From Acidobacteriota bacterium (GTDB lineage: Bacteria > Acidobacteriota > CAIWXX01): a DNA stretch of 62,007 bases. Each line of letters starts with the position of its first letter. The stretch's first letter is position 1. Positions 8,280 to 17,800 of this stretch are shown here, in pieces. Both the position numbers and the translations under genes were made by a program. The stretch spans positions 1-62,007 of the forward strand of contig JBFMAF010000030.1 in assembly GCA_040755995.1 (NCBI GenBank). Direction: 5' to 3'. Under the pieces are notes generated by a model. That model was not told where the DNA came from. It searched no databases and saw only the letters and a program-made list of their open reading frames with translations.

Positions 8280-10295
8280 TCACTCTGCCGGATCGATTTC
8301 ACGCTCGGGGTGAGACCGGCCGTTGGTGCTCTTGAATACGCCTCCGCCATAGGTTCCAGCATAGATGGTGCTCGGATCTGAAGGGTTGATGGCCAGAGAC
8401 AACACAGTGTTCGCCGTGAGGCCCGAGTTCATCGGAGTCCAGCTCGCACCGCTGTTGGTGCTCTTGAATACGCCTCTGTCACGGGTGCCCGCATATAGAG
8501 TGTTCGGATCTGAGGGGTTGATGGCAAGAGACCGGATATCAGTGTCTGTGAGCCCAGAGTTGATCGGAGTCCAGCTCGCACCGCCGTTGGTGCTCTTGAA
8601 TACACCCCCGTAGGTCCCCGCATATAGCGTGTTCGGAGTCAACGGGTCAATGGCAAGAGAGTGGACAAGGGTCGCTGTGAGGCCCGAGTTCATCGAGCCC
8701 CAGCTCGCCCCGCCGTTGGTGCTCTTGAATACGCCTCCGCCCCAGCTCCCGGCATAGATCGTATTCGGAATTGAAGGGTTGATGACAAGAGTACGGATCT
8801 CAGTCGCTGTGAGGCCCGAGTTGATCGAGTCCCAGCTTGCCCCGCTGTTGGTGCTTTTGAACACACCTTCGTACCATGTTCCGGCATAGATAATCTTCGG
8901 TTTTGAGGGGTTGATGGCAAGAGACAAGATATGAGTGTCTGCGAGACCGGAGTTGATCGGAGTCCAACTTGCGCCGCCGTTCACGCTCTTGAACACGCCT
9001 GTGCCATCAGTTCCGGCAAGGATTGTGTTCGGTTTCGAGGGGTTGATGGCAAGAGCGTGGATCCGATCTAGCGTGAGGCCCGAGTTCTTCGGGGTCCAGC
9101 TCGCGCCCCCGTCGGTGCTCTTGTAGACCCCTCTACCCCAGGTGCCCGCATAGAGGGTGTTCGGATGTGAAGCGGCGGTGGCCAGAGACCGAACACTGGT
9201 GGCTGTGAGACCCGAGATCTTCGGAGTCCAGCTCGTTCCGCCGTCGATGCTCTTGAACACGCCTCCAGCGCCGGCTCCGGCATAGAGGGTGCCCGGCGTC
9301 GATGGGTTGATGGCAAGAGAACCGATGCCTGCCGTTTCCATGCCCGAGTTCTTGGGCGTCCAGCTCGCGCCGCCGTTCACACTCTTGAAAACGCCTTGGT
9401 TCCAGGTCCCGGCATAGACGATGTTTGGGTTTGAGGGGTCGATGACAAGCGTATAAGTATAAGTCGGACCGAGGCCCGAGTTCTCGGGCGTCCAGCTCAC
9501 GCCGCCGTTGGTGCTCTTGAATACACCTCCGCCGTAGGTTCCGGCATAGATGACGTTCGGATGAGCGTAGTCGATGGCAAGACAGTAGATATTGGTCGGA
9601 GTGAGGCCCGAGCTCTTCGGGGACCAGCTCGCCCCGCCGTTGATACTCTTGAACACGCCTCCGCCCCAGGTCCCGGCATAAATCGTGTTCGGATTCGAAG
9701 GCTTGATGGCAAGACACCGGATCTCCGTCTCCGTGAGACCCGAGTTGCGCGCGACCCAGCTCGCACCGCCATTGGTGCTCTTGAATACCCCTCCGCCCCA
9801 GGTCCCGGCATAAATCGTGTTCGGATTCGAAGGCTTGATGGCAAGAGACTGGATCCCCGTCGCTGTGAGGCCCGAGTTCTTTGCTGTCCAGCTCGCACCA
9901 CCGTTGGTACTCTTGAATACGCCTCCACCGGATGTTCCAGCATAGATGGTGTTCGGATTCATAGCGTCGATAGCAAGAGCTTGGACATAAGTGGCTGTGA
10001 GGCCCGAGCATTTCGGGGCCCAGCTCGCCCCGCCGTCGATGCTCTTGAATACGCCGCCGCCGTAAGCTCCAGCATAGATGGTGTTCGGCTCTGAAGGGTT
10101 GATTGCGAGAGCCTCGAGATAGCCACCATCCGGACCGATATTTGTCCACTGTGCACGGGCCGCAGTTGTCTCGCAGAAGCCAACCAGGGCCAGAACGAGC
10201 GGCAGAGACAGGAGAGGGTGACTATTGCCCAGCCTCTCTGCCGAAGCCCCTTCCAGGGTACACCTGGATCTTGCTGTTCGAAAACCAGTACTCAT
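8280..10295 (-). CDS. Secreted BNR/Asp-box repeat beta-propeller protein (VPS10/YCF48-like), 14 repeats of ~44 aa
   Basis: Repeats GGVFKSTNGGASWTPxNSGLTxTxIxSLAINPSxPNTIYAGT. Hydrophobic signal segment ending ARA-QW. RBS AGGAGG. Confidence 0.88.
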   Translation of the reverse strand: MSTGFRTARSRCTLEGASAERLGNSHPLLSLPLVLALVGFCETTAARAQWTNIGPDGGYLEALAINPSEPNTIYAGAYGGGVFKSIDGGASWAPKCSGLTATYVQALAIDAMNPNTIYAGTSGGGVFKSTNGGASWTAKNSGLTATGIQSLAIKPSNPNTIYAGTWGGGVFKSTNGGASWVARNSGLTETEIRCLAIKPSNPNTIYAGTWGGGVFKSINGGASWSPKSSGLTPTNIYCLAIDYAHPNVIYAGTYGGGVFKSTNGGVSWTPENSGLGPTYTYTLVIDPSNPNIVYAGTWNQGVFKSVNGGASWTPKNSGMETAGIGSLAINPSTPGTLYAGAGAGGVFKSIDGGTSWTPKISGLTATSVRSLATAASHPNTLYAGTWGRGVYKSTDGGASWTPKNSGLTLDRIHALAINPSKPNTILAGTDGTGVFKSVNGGASWTPINSGLADTHILSLAINPSKPKIIYAGTWYEGVFKSTNSGASWDSINSGLTATEIRTLVINPSIPNTIYAGSWGGGVFKSTNGGASWGSMNSGLTATLVHSLAIDPLTPNTLYAGTYGGVFKSTNGGASWTPINSGLTDTDIRSLAINPSDPNTLYAGTRDRGVFKSTNSGASWTPMNSGLTANTVLSLAINPSDPSTIYAGTYGGGVFKSTNGRSHPEREIDPAE
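8320..10110 (-). repeat. Coding tandem repeat, ~132-bp unit
   Basis: Recurrent ctcttgaa(t/c)acgcctccgcc...gcatag...gttcgg...gggttgatggcaaga at ~132-bp period. Confidence 0.9.
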
Positions 10296-10374
10296 GAATC
10301 ATCCTCCTTGATCAGGCGCGACCGGCGTCAGCCCGTCGGCCATATATACTCTCGTGCACAGGTTCCCGGATGGA

Positions 10375-10392
10375 CACCGCATGATCATGTGG
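10375..10392. promoter_or_regulatory. Palindromic box 1 (CCGCATGATCATGTGG), putative NarL/LuxR-type regulator site
   Basis: Same motif at 10780-10797 and 16678-16697; centre ~90 bp upstream of the ATG at 10295. Confidence 0.6.
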
Positions 10393-10548
10393 GAATCTGC
10401 TCGATGATGGCTGGCAACACAGTACACTCCAGGACCCCCACAAGGCCGCAGTGCCGTGTCTCCTTGAACGCGTCGGCATCGGTGAGCGGCTCCGGGCCCG
10501 CGTCTTCAACGGTTGGCCTTCACAGGTCCGGTCGACGCGCCAGAGGGT

Positions 10549-10772
10549 GCAACGGTACCCTGGCGTCCCGTCAAGAATCAGCCGCAGCCCTTCGCGTGGG
10601 ATTCGACGCGAACGAGCTGCGCGCTCTGGGGAACGTGCATCTCCCATGCGATGCCCTTCGCATCGAACACCTCCGAGGAGAACTTGCGAATTCGCGCGAT
10701 CAGGCCGCCGATGTCATCCTTCCTGGGATCGACGGCCCAGATGACCTCGGTCAGGGAGTCGACATGGCCCAC
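10549..10772 (-). pseudogene. Chimeric remnant of a paralogous histidine kinase (HisKA_3 region) fused to a response-regulator fragment
   Basis: DSLTEVIWAVDPRKDDIGGLIARIRKFSSEVFDA matches the kinase segment DSMSDVVWAVDPKMDDMGSLIARIRSFVSDVLDA. REGLRLILDGTPGYRC matches the regulator's REGLRLIINSTPGYRC. Confidence 0.75.
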
Positions 10773-10779
10773 AAGAATC

Positions 10780-10797
10780 TCGCATGAACATGCGGTG
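10780..10797. promoter_or_regulatory. Palindromic box 2 (TCGCATGAACATGCGGTG) upstream of the response regulator
   Basis: Matches boxes 1 and 3; -10-like TAGGAT at 10818-10823. Confidence 0.6.
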
Positions 10798-10833
10798 GCA
10801 GGGACGTCAAGGAGGCGCTAGGATATAGACGCG

Positions 10834-11499
10834 ATGAGCAAAGATCAGATCGTCGGCAAGGACAGGCCGCTGTGCGTGGCGGTGGTAGACGATGACCGCG
10901 TTACGCGTGAAGGGCTGCGACTGATAATCAACTCCACTCCGGGATACCGTTGCGAGCATGTGTTCGACTCTGTCGAGGCAGGCGTGGTCGGACTGGGATC
11001 TGACCCGCCCGATGTCCTCCTCCTAGATGTCCGCCTGCCGGGGATGGACGGATCCCAGGGCGTACGGCTTTTCCGGGAGAGGTACCCGGACCTGAAAGTG
11101 CTGATGTTGACCAACTATGCGGAAGACGATACCGTCTTCGAGTCCATCTGCAACGGCGCCTGCGGGTATCTGTTGAAGAAGACGCCTCCGGCGAAGCTGC
11201 TCGATGCAGTCTCTGAAGCGGCGTGCGGCGGGGCGCCCATGTCCCCACAGATCGCCGCGCGAGTCCTCGAGGTGTTTCGGAAGTCGAAGCCGGCATCCAA
11301 GGTCGGCCACAACTTGACTCCGCACGAGGTCCGCTTGCTGGGGCTGCTGTCCGAGGGGCACAGCTATCAGCGCGTTGCTGACGGGCTTTCGGTCACCATC
11401 AACACGATCCGGCACCACATCCGCTCGATCTACGAGAAGCTCCACGTCCACTCCAAGTCCGAAGCAGTCAGCAAGGCGCTGAAGCACGGCATCCTCTAG
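10834..11499 (+). CDS. NarL/FixJ (LuxR-HTH) family response regulator
   Basis: VVDDD, DVLLLDVRLPGMDG, GYLLK, LTPHEVRLLGLLSEGHSY...TINTIRHHIRSIYEKLHV. Confidence 0.95.
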   Translation: MSKDQIVGKDRPLCVAVVDDDRVTREGLRLIINSTPGYRCEHVFDSVEAGVVGLGSDPPDVLLLDVRLPGMDGSQGVRLFRERYPDLKVLMLTNYAEDDTVFESICNGACGYLLKKTPPAKLLDAVSEAACGGAPMSPQIAARVLEVFRKSKPASKVGHNLTPHEVRLLGLLSEGHSYQRVADGLSVTINTIRHHIRSIYEKLHVHSKSEAVSKALKHGIL

Positions 11500-11601
11500 A
11501 GACGCGCAGCCTCGATGCACCCCGCCATGAGAGCGCGCGAAGGCGTGCGTTTGACAACGCCTGAAATAGCAGTAGAGTGACGCCTGGAAGGCGGGCGGGA
11601 C

Positions 11602-14600
11602 TTGGCGGCTGGTCTCCTCTTCCGGTTGCAGTCTATGGGTGGCGGTGCAGTTCCGGAGCACCCCCGTACCGGGGATCAAGAATCGGGGCACTCTGTGTCT
11701 CGGTGCGTATTCATTCTGATTCTGATCATCGTCACTGTCTTCCGTGGACAGGCGGTCCATGCAGCGCGCCTTCCCGTCCGAGTCTTCACCACCAACGACG
11801 GACTGGCTCAAGATAGCGTCAATTGCATCATGGAGGATTCGCACGGGTATCTGTGGTTCTGCACGGGCGAGGGGCTTTCCAGGTTCGATGGGTATCAGTT
11901 CAAGAGCTACGGGTCAGGCGAGGGGTCCGGCACACTTTCGGTAACAGGAATCGCGGAGTCCGTGGATGGCAGGTACTGGATCGTCACGGCCAGGGATGGG
12001 GTCTTCTGCCTGGAGACGAGCCTGGGTCGCCTCGCCGGCACGGGATCGATTCCCGCGGGAGACGGTGGGAATCGGCCGTCTGCTACTCGATTGGTGAAAG
12101 TTCCCGGGGCAGACAGCGCAGGCGGGTATGGTTCGTCGATTTGTGTCGATCGTCGGGGTGTCGTCTGGTGTGGCAACAGCGGAGGGCTCTATCGGCTGGA
12201 GGAGGCCGGCGGGAGGAGGCGCTTCCAGCCCTTCGACGCGGGGATAGTGCCTGTTGCTGACACCGGCGGGAGGGGGCCGGAATGCATGACGCTCGATGGC
12301 GAGGGCCAGCTCTGGTTGGGAGCTCCCTCCGGCCTCTACCGCCTCAAGCCCGGCGGGGGCTCTGGCCGCTATTCGACTGCCAACGGCCTCCCGTGGGATG
12401 GGGTCTCCTGCGTTCTCGAGGATCGCAATGGACACCTATGGATCGGAAGTCTCCTTGGGCTCTGCTCAGGCGTGGTGGATGAGACGACCGGCCGCCTATC
12501 CATAGAACGGACCTACACAACGCGCGATGGTCTCGCGACGGACAAGGTCACGTCGCTCTGCGAGACGTCTGACGGCCGCATCTGGGTCGGCACGACAGAA
12601 GGAATCGCAGTGCATCTGGAGAACGCGTCCGCAGGAGGTCCGTGCTTCCGCTCGTTCGGACGCGAGCATGGGCTCAGCGACACCAGTATCAGGGCGCTGG
12701 CGGAGGATGGTTGCGGCAACCTCTGGGTCGGAACAGAGAGCTGCGGCGCCACACGCATCGAGCTCCAAGGACTGGTGAGCTACGGAGAATCCGACGGCCT
12801 GGGTGCGAGCCGCATCAAGAGCATTATACAGACGCGCTCAGGGGAGCTATGTGCCGTCGGTGGCAATTTCTTCCTGAATCGATACGACGGGGACGGGTTT
12901 CATGCCGTGAGGCCGGATGTACTCGGCCGACTACCGTATCTGGGCTGGGGCTGGCATCAGATCGTAGTGCAGGATCACCTGGGAGAATGGTGGTTTCCGA
13001 GCGGTGAAGGGCTCTATAGGTTCCCGGCAGTCGATCGAGTCGATGATCTGGCCCGCTGCGCTCCGATCGCGGTCTACACGATGCGCGAAGGGCTTGGAGG
13101 CGAAGATGTGTTCAGGCTCTTCGAGGATTCCCGCGGTGACTTGTGGATCAGTTGCATCACGAAGCTCGTGGCGGTGCTGACGCGGTGGGAGCGCTCGACG
13201 GGCATCTTCCACCGCTACCAAACGACCGACGGCGTCCCCTTTTCCGCGCCAACAGCATTCTGCGAGGACCGCCACGGAAGCCTCTGGATCGGTTTCTACG
13301 ACGGCGGTGTCGCACGCTACTGCGACGGCAAGTTCACCTTCTTCACCTCGTCAGACGGAATCCCGGCCGGGTTCGTCTGGTGCCTATTGACCGATCATGT
13401 CGGGCGTCTGTGGGTGGGAGGGGATCGAGGCGGGCTCGGGAGGATCGACGACCCAACCGCTTGGCGTCCGTCGGTCGTCCGCTACACGCTCGACCAGGGG
13501 CTCGCCAGCAACGCGGCAAGGGCAATCACCGAGGATCGATGGGGACGGATCTATGTCGGCTCCGGGCGGGGACTGGACTGCCTCGACCCGAAAACCGGTT
13601 CAGTCCGTCACTACACCACCGCTGACGGTCTGGCCAACAACGCAGTCAGCACCCTTTTCTGTGACCACGACGGCAGAATCTGGGCCGGCACACTCCAGGG
13701 CCTCTCCGTGCTCGATCCGTCGCCACCGTCTCCGGAATCGCCGCCCGAATGCCTCATAACGGGGATTCGCATCGGTGGGATACCCCACCCGATCTGCGAT
13801 TTGGGCGAGCCAAGTGTGTCGGGCATACGCACCCAATCGAGTGACTTCCAGATCGAGTTCGTCGGCTTCTGTCACATGCTCGGCGTGAGGATGCGATACC
13901 AGTATCGCCTGCAAGGTGCAGACGGAACCTGGAGCTCGCCAACCGATGTGCGCACTGTCAACTACGCGCACCTTGCGCCGGGCTCCTACCAGTTCGAAGT
14001 CAAGACTCTCACATCGACCGGGATATCCAGTTTCAAGCCGGCCACTGTCTCGTTTCTGATTCTCCCGCCCATCTGGAGAAGGTGGTGGTTCCTTGGTGCG
14101 GTCGGTCTCCTCGTTGCCGGGGGTGCCTATGGCGCCCATCGCTACCGCCTCGATAGGCTCAAGGAGCTACTGGGTGTGCGCGATCGAATCGCAACCGATC
14201 TTCATGACGAGGTGGGCTCGAGCCTGGCGAGAATCGCCGTGCTCAGCGAGGTCGTACAGCGCTCCCTAGGTGGCACCCATCCGGAATCCTTGGGGCTGCT
14301 GTCGTCAATCGCCGACAACGCTCGGAGTCTCCTGGACTCGATGAGCGACGTCGTCTGGGCGGTCGACCCCAAGATGGACGATATGGGCAGCCTGATCGCT
14401 CGCATCCGCAGCTTCGTCTCGGACGTCCTGGATGCCAGATCCGTCCAGTGGGAGTTCGTCACATCACCGGGCCTGCATCGCTCAAGGATCGACTCCGATC
14501 ACCGCCACCAGATCCTCCTCATCTACAAGGAAGCGATCAACAACGTCCTCCGCCACACATCCTGTTCCGCCCTTCGTCTCGCCCTGAGCGAGGTCGATGG

Positions 14601-14817
14601 GCGCCTGGAAGGGGAGATCTGCGACAACGGGCAGGGCTTTGACACAACGGATGTGAGACCCGGAAGGGGCGGGCGCGGGCTCGCGAGCATGCGAGCCAGG
14701 GCAGAGCGTCTTGGTGGATCGCTGACGATCTGCTCCGAGCGAGGACAGGGTTCACGCGTGGCATTCAACCTGCCGCTCGGCTCGCACCGACGCCGGACGA
14801 TGCGACGCCGGAGTTGA
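11602..14817 (+). CDS. Sensor histidine kinase with Reg_prop beta-propellers, Y_Y_Y domain, HisKA_3 and HATPase_c
   Basis: FTTNDGLAQDSVNCIMEDSHGYLWF repeats, YQYRLQG...YAHLAPGSYQFEV, PPIWRRWWF TM, RIATDLHDEVGSSL, EAINN, DNGQGF, GRGLASM. True start is probably GTG 11695. Confidence 0.93.
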   Translation: MAAGLLFRLQSMGGGAVPEHPRTGDQESGHSVSRCVFILILIIVTVFRGQAVHAARLPVRVFTTNDGLAQDSVNCIMEDSHGYLWFCTGEGLSRFDGYQFKSYGSGEGSGTLSVTGIAESVDGRYWIVTARDGVFCLETSLGRLAGTGSIPAGDGGNRPSATRLVKVPGADSAGGYGSSICVDRRGVVWCGNSGGLYRLEEAGGRRRFQPFDAGIVPVADTGGRGPECMTLDGEGQLWLGAPSGLYRLKPGGGSGRYSTANGLPWDGVSCVLEDRNGHLWIGSLLGLCSGVVDETTGRLSIERTYTTRDGLATDKVTSLCETSDGRIWVGTTEGIAVHLENASAGGPCFRSFGREHGLSDTSIRALAEDGCGNLWVGTESCGATRIELQGLVSYGESDGLGASRIKSIIQTRSGELCAVGGNFFLNRYDGDGFHAVRPDVLGRLPYLGWGWHQIVVQDHLGEWWFPSGEGLYRFPAVDRVDDLARCAPIAVYTMREGLGGEDVFRLFEDSRGDLWISCITKLVAVLTRWERSTGIFHRYQTTDGVPFSAPTAFCEDRHGSLWIGFYDGGVARYCDGKFTFFTSSDGIPAGFVWCLLTDHVGRLWVGGDRGGLGRIDDPTAWRPSVVRYTLDQGLASNAARAITEDRWGRIYVGSGRGLDCLDPKTGSVRHYTTADGLANNAVSTLFCDHDGRIWAGTLQGLSVLDPSPPSPESPPECLITGIRIGGIPHPICDLGEPSVSGIRTQSSDFQIEFVGFCHMLGVRMRYQYRLQGADGTWSSPTDVRTVNYAHLAPGSYQFEVKTLTSTGISSFKPATVSFLILPPIWRRWWFLGAVGLLVAGGAYGAHRYRLDRLKELLGVRDRIATDLHDEVGSSLARIAVLSEVVQRSLGGTHPESLGLLSSIADNARSLLDSMSDVVWAVDPKMDDMGSLIARIRSFVSDVLDARSVQWEFVTSPGLHRSRIDSDHRHQILLIYKEAINNVLRHTSCSALRLALSEVDGRLEGEICDNGQGFDTTDVRPGRGGRGLASMRARAERLGGSLTICSERGQGSRVAFNLPLGSHRRRTMRRRS

Positions 14818-14998
14818 CCGGGGTCGTCCAGCAGCGGCGGCGGATCCCGGGCGGTTAGGATCTAGAGCACTCTCGTATGACCCTCGACGCAGTGCTTCGA
14901 GACATCTCAGGAGGCGAGTGTCTTTGTGCGGGGACGGCGCGTGCGCAGCAGATATCGGCTCTCGCGACAGAGGAACGAAAGGGGTCGGGTCTGCCTGG

Positions 14999-16600
14999 TC
15001 ATTTGATCTCGAACTGAATCGTGTTGCTCTTCTGCCCGTTGACAACCACATAGACGTCGTACGTGCCCTTCTTCATCTTCGGGATGGTGAACGTGATCGA
15101 GGTCGTCTTCAGGCGGCTCAGTTTCTTCACCCGCCTATTGCCGATGTAGACCCTGACCTTCTTCTTATCCGTCGAGAAGCCGGTGCCCTTGATAGTGGCC
15201 TTCGTTCCCGGTTTGCCGGTCTTGGAGGCGATGGACGTAATTGTGGGTCCCGAAGCTCCACTGCAGAGCAGTGTGGTCGCCGCCGTGGAGTCCACGCCGA
15301 GGACGGCCGTCGGAGCACCCACGACGAAGGTCGGCGTGGTCGTCGACACCCACGCCGTTGCGACGGCGGAGGACGGCTTGACCACACCCGGCGCGTCCCG
15401 GCCAAGGTCGGGGCACGACGGATCGATGGTCCCCGTCGAGCTGATCTTGAGAGCCCATGAGCCGGTATTGCTGACGCCGAAACCGAACGTGCGACCTGCG
15501 AGGACGTAGCCACCGTCGGCTGCCGGGATCGCACCCAGTGCATAGTCTGCACTGGTTCCACCGTAGGTCCTCTGCCAGGTGACATTGCCGCCCGAGTCGA
15601 GCTTCACGCAATAGACATCCGAACTGCCTGCCCCCAAGCTGTTGCTGAACCCCGCCAGAAAGCAGCTTCCGCCGGATGTCACGCTTGGACCATCGAACCA
15701 GTCGTAACTCGTTCCGCCGAACGTGTTCTGCCACACGATGTTGCCTGCCGCGTCAAGCCTCAAGCACCATGCATCCGACATGCCCGCGCCCCAGGACGCC
15801 GTGCCGCCCGCCAGGATGCAACCACCGTCGGCGGTGGCGCCCGCGGAGTGGGCACTATCGTCATCGCTGCCTCCATATGCCCTGTGCGACACGACGTTGC
15901 CCGCGGCATCAACCTTCAGATACAAGGCATCATAGATGTCGGTGTTAAGAACGTCTACGCCGCCCGCCAGGATGAAACCTCCCTCCGCCGCTCCGCAAAC
16001 GGCACCGGCATACTCCGCGCCGCTGCCCCCGTAGGCATTCTGCCACACGACGTTGCCCGCGGCGTCGAGCTTCAGGTACCACGCGTCACCGTTGCCCCCG
16101 CCGAAGGAGTCCGTACCGCCCGCCAGAACGTAGCCGCCGCCGGCCGTCGCGACCACGGCACAGAGGTAGTCCAAGCCGGTGCCTCCATATGTCTTCTGCC
16201 AGATGATATTCCCGGAGGAGTCAAGTCTCAGGCACCACGCATCCGCACTGCCAGCACCGAATGAGTATGTCGTGGCGACGAGAAGGCAGCCGCCATCAGC
16301 CGTCATTTCCACCGCATTCGCGTACTCGTCCTTGACGCCCCCAAAGGTCTTCTGCCAGACGATGTCCCCGGAGGCGTCGAGCTTCAGGCACCAGGCGTCC
16401 TTCCCACCCGCGCCGAAGGATATCGCAGCCCCCGACACAACGTAGCCGCCGTCAGTCGTCTGATGAACCGCACGGAGGTCGCTGTTCAGCGCCGCGCCGT
16501 ACAGGCGCGCCCAATTCGTGCCTGCCTCAGCGAAATCGGCCAGGGATATCCACGTTGTCAGAATCGCCAGAAGCCATGTCGCTTGGCAGTTCCTGTTCAT
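14999..16600 (-). CDS. Secreted 7-repeat beta-propeller protein with C-terminal IPT/TIG domain
   Basis: Signal peptide; ~50-aa repeats DAWCLKLDASGxIVWQKTYGG; tail PTITSI...KPGTKATIKGTGF...VVVNGQKSN. RBS AGGAGG. Confidence 0.85.
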   Translation of the reverse strand: MNRNCQATWLLAILTTWISLADFAEAGTNWARLYGAALNSDLRAVHQTTDGGYVVSGAAISFGAGGKDAWCLKLDASGDIVWQKTFGGVKDEYANAVEMTADGGCLLVATTYSFGAGSADAWCLRLDSSGNIIWQKTYGGTGLDYLCAVVATAGGGYVLAGGTDSFGGGNGDAWYLKLDAAGNVVWQNAYGGSGAEYAGAVCGAAEGGFILAGGVDVLNTDIYDALYLKVDAAGNVVSHRAYGGSDDDSAHSAGATADGGCILAGGTASWGAGMSDAWCLRLDAAGNIVWQNTFGGTSYDWFDGPSVTSGGSCFLAGFSNSLGAGSSDVYCVKLDSGGNVTWQRTYGGTSADYALGAIPAADGGYVLAGRTFGFGVSNTGSWALKISSTGTIDPSCPDLGRDAPGVVKPSSAVATAWVSTTTPTFVVGAPTAVLGVDSTAATTLLCSGASGPTITSIASKTGKPGTKATIKGTGFSTDKKKVRVYIGNRRVKKLSRLKTTSITFTIPKMKKGTYDVYVVVNGQKSNTIQFEIK

Positions 16601-16677
16601 GATTCATCCTCCTTGTCGCCCAACGCTCCGGGCAACGATCTGCTCACATCCAATATCGCGCGCCGCCCCTTGTCCGT

Positions 16678-16697
16678 CACCACATGAACATGCGGTA
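16678..16697. promoter_or_regulatory. Palindromic box 3 (CACCACATGAACATGCGGTA)
   Basis: Matches boxes 1 and 2; centre ~88 bp upstream of the ATG at 16600. Confidence 0.6.
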
Positions 16698-16846
16698 ATT
16701 CCCTGGGGAATCCGTCGCCAGCGGATACGCTGTCCATTCGGGTTTCCTGTTCTTCCCCTCGGAGGACTCAGCCGACTGGGCAGCGACCCCGCTCCCGCCG
16801 CGTTGGACCGTTGGGGCAAGGGGGACCCGTCGTGAGCGCGGCCTCC

Positions 16847-17134
16847 GGTGTCCCCGTCGATGTCCTCCGGCGCTGCCCGGATATTCGAAGGGCGGAACGT
16901 CAGCTCGCAGCGCAGACAGCAAGGATCGGCGTATCGACGCCAGACCTACAGCCGAAGTGCTACTTGAGCGGTTCAGTCGGGCTGGCGTCGCTCACTCTAG
17001 GCAATCTCTTCTCCTCCGACATCGAGACGTCGAGCAGCGGCGCGATCATGAGTTGGCCGATCTTGAAAGGCGGTGCCATCCGCAAGAGCATGGAGGTTCA
17101 GCCGGCGCTCCAGGAGCAGTACGTCATCGCCTGG
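16847..17134 (+). pseudogene. Internal fragment of a NodT/TolC-family outer membrane efflux protein
   Basis: GVPVDVLRRCPDIRRAERQLAAQTARIGVS..DLQP...LSGSVG...SWPILKGGAIR. No signal peptide and no remainder of the gene. Confidence 0.75.
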
Positions 17135-17212
17135 GCAGGCGACCGTTGCGGCGCCCTGGCACAAAGGCTGACGCCGCAACGGCCACGAAGATGTTGTAGC
17201 CAGCCCGGAGAA

Positions 17213-17800
17213 TCAGAATCTCACGCCGAAACTTGCGATCGCATCAGTCCCTGCATCATCCATGAAGATGTGCCTGACCTCGAATTCAACGAACACATTC
17301 TCTGTGAACCTCACTCCCCCGAATGCCCGGAAGACTCCCTTGTTGGCGGAATCTGATTCCTGGAAAACGGGATAGGGCGGATCTGTAATGATCGCCTCGT
17401 CGAACTCGGCTGTGAGATGCACCAGTCCCATTCCCGCTCCGAAGTATGGCGCGATAGAGGCGTCCAGTTGAGGAGCGACGGAGAAGTTGCCAAGGAACTC
17501 GTACTCTCGCTCCTTGAGTTCATACTCGGCACCCGCCAGCGAGTAGTCGGCTGTGTACCCCTTCGCCCTGAACTCCGGTCCAAGCGAGATCAGTTTGTTG
17601 ATGACAATGTCCACGCCGCCACCGTACATCAGGCGGCTCCCGAATCCGAGATCCAGATCACTGTAGATGTCGCCGTTCGTATCGATTCCCAGTTTGAGGA
17701 ACGGCCTGATGTCTGCGGCGCTTGACATTGTGGCGCATGCCAGTGCGATTACCGCCACGAAGCATATCCCCCAAGCTCTCTGTGCCGATCTGATCACCAT
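17213..17800 (-). CDS. Outer membrane beta-barrel protein (OMP_b-brl/OmpA-like)
   Basis: Signal peptide, APYFGAGMG, FGGVRF, C-terminal SFGVRF with terminal Phe. Confidence 0.82.
   Translation of the reverse strand: MVIRSAQRAWGICFVAVIALACATMSSAADIRPFLKLGIDTNGDIYSDLDLGFGSRLMYGGGVDIVINKLISLGPEFRAKGYTADYSLAGAEYELKEREYEFLGNFSVAPQLDASIAPYFGAGMGLVHLTAEFDEAIITDPPYPVFQESDSANKGVFRAFGGVRFTENVFVEFEVRHIFMDDAGTDAIASFGVRF

Noticed and set aside
8320..10110. Regular repeats that could be mistaken for a CRISPR array
   Set aside because: The 132-bp in-frame coding units are similar along their whole length, with no unique spacers and no cas genes.
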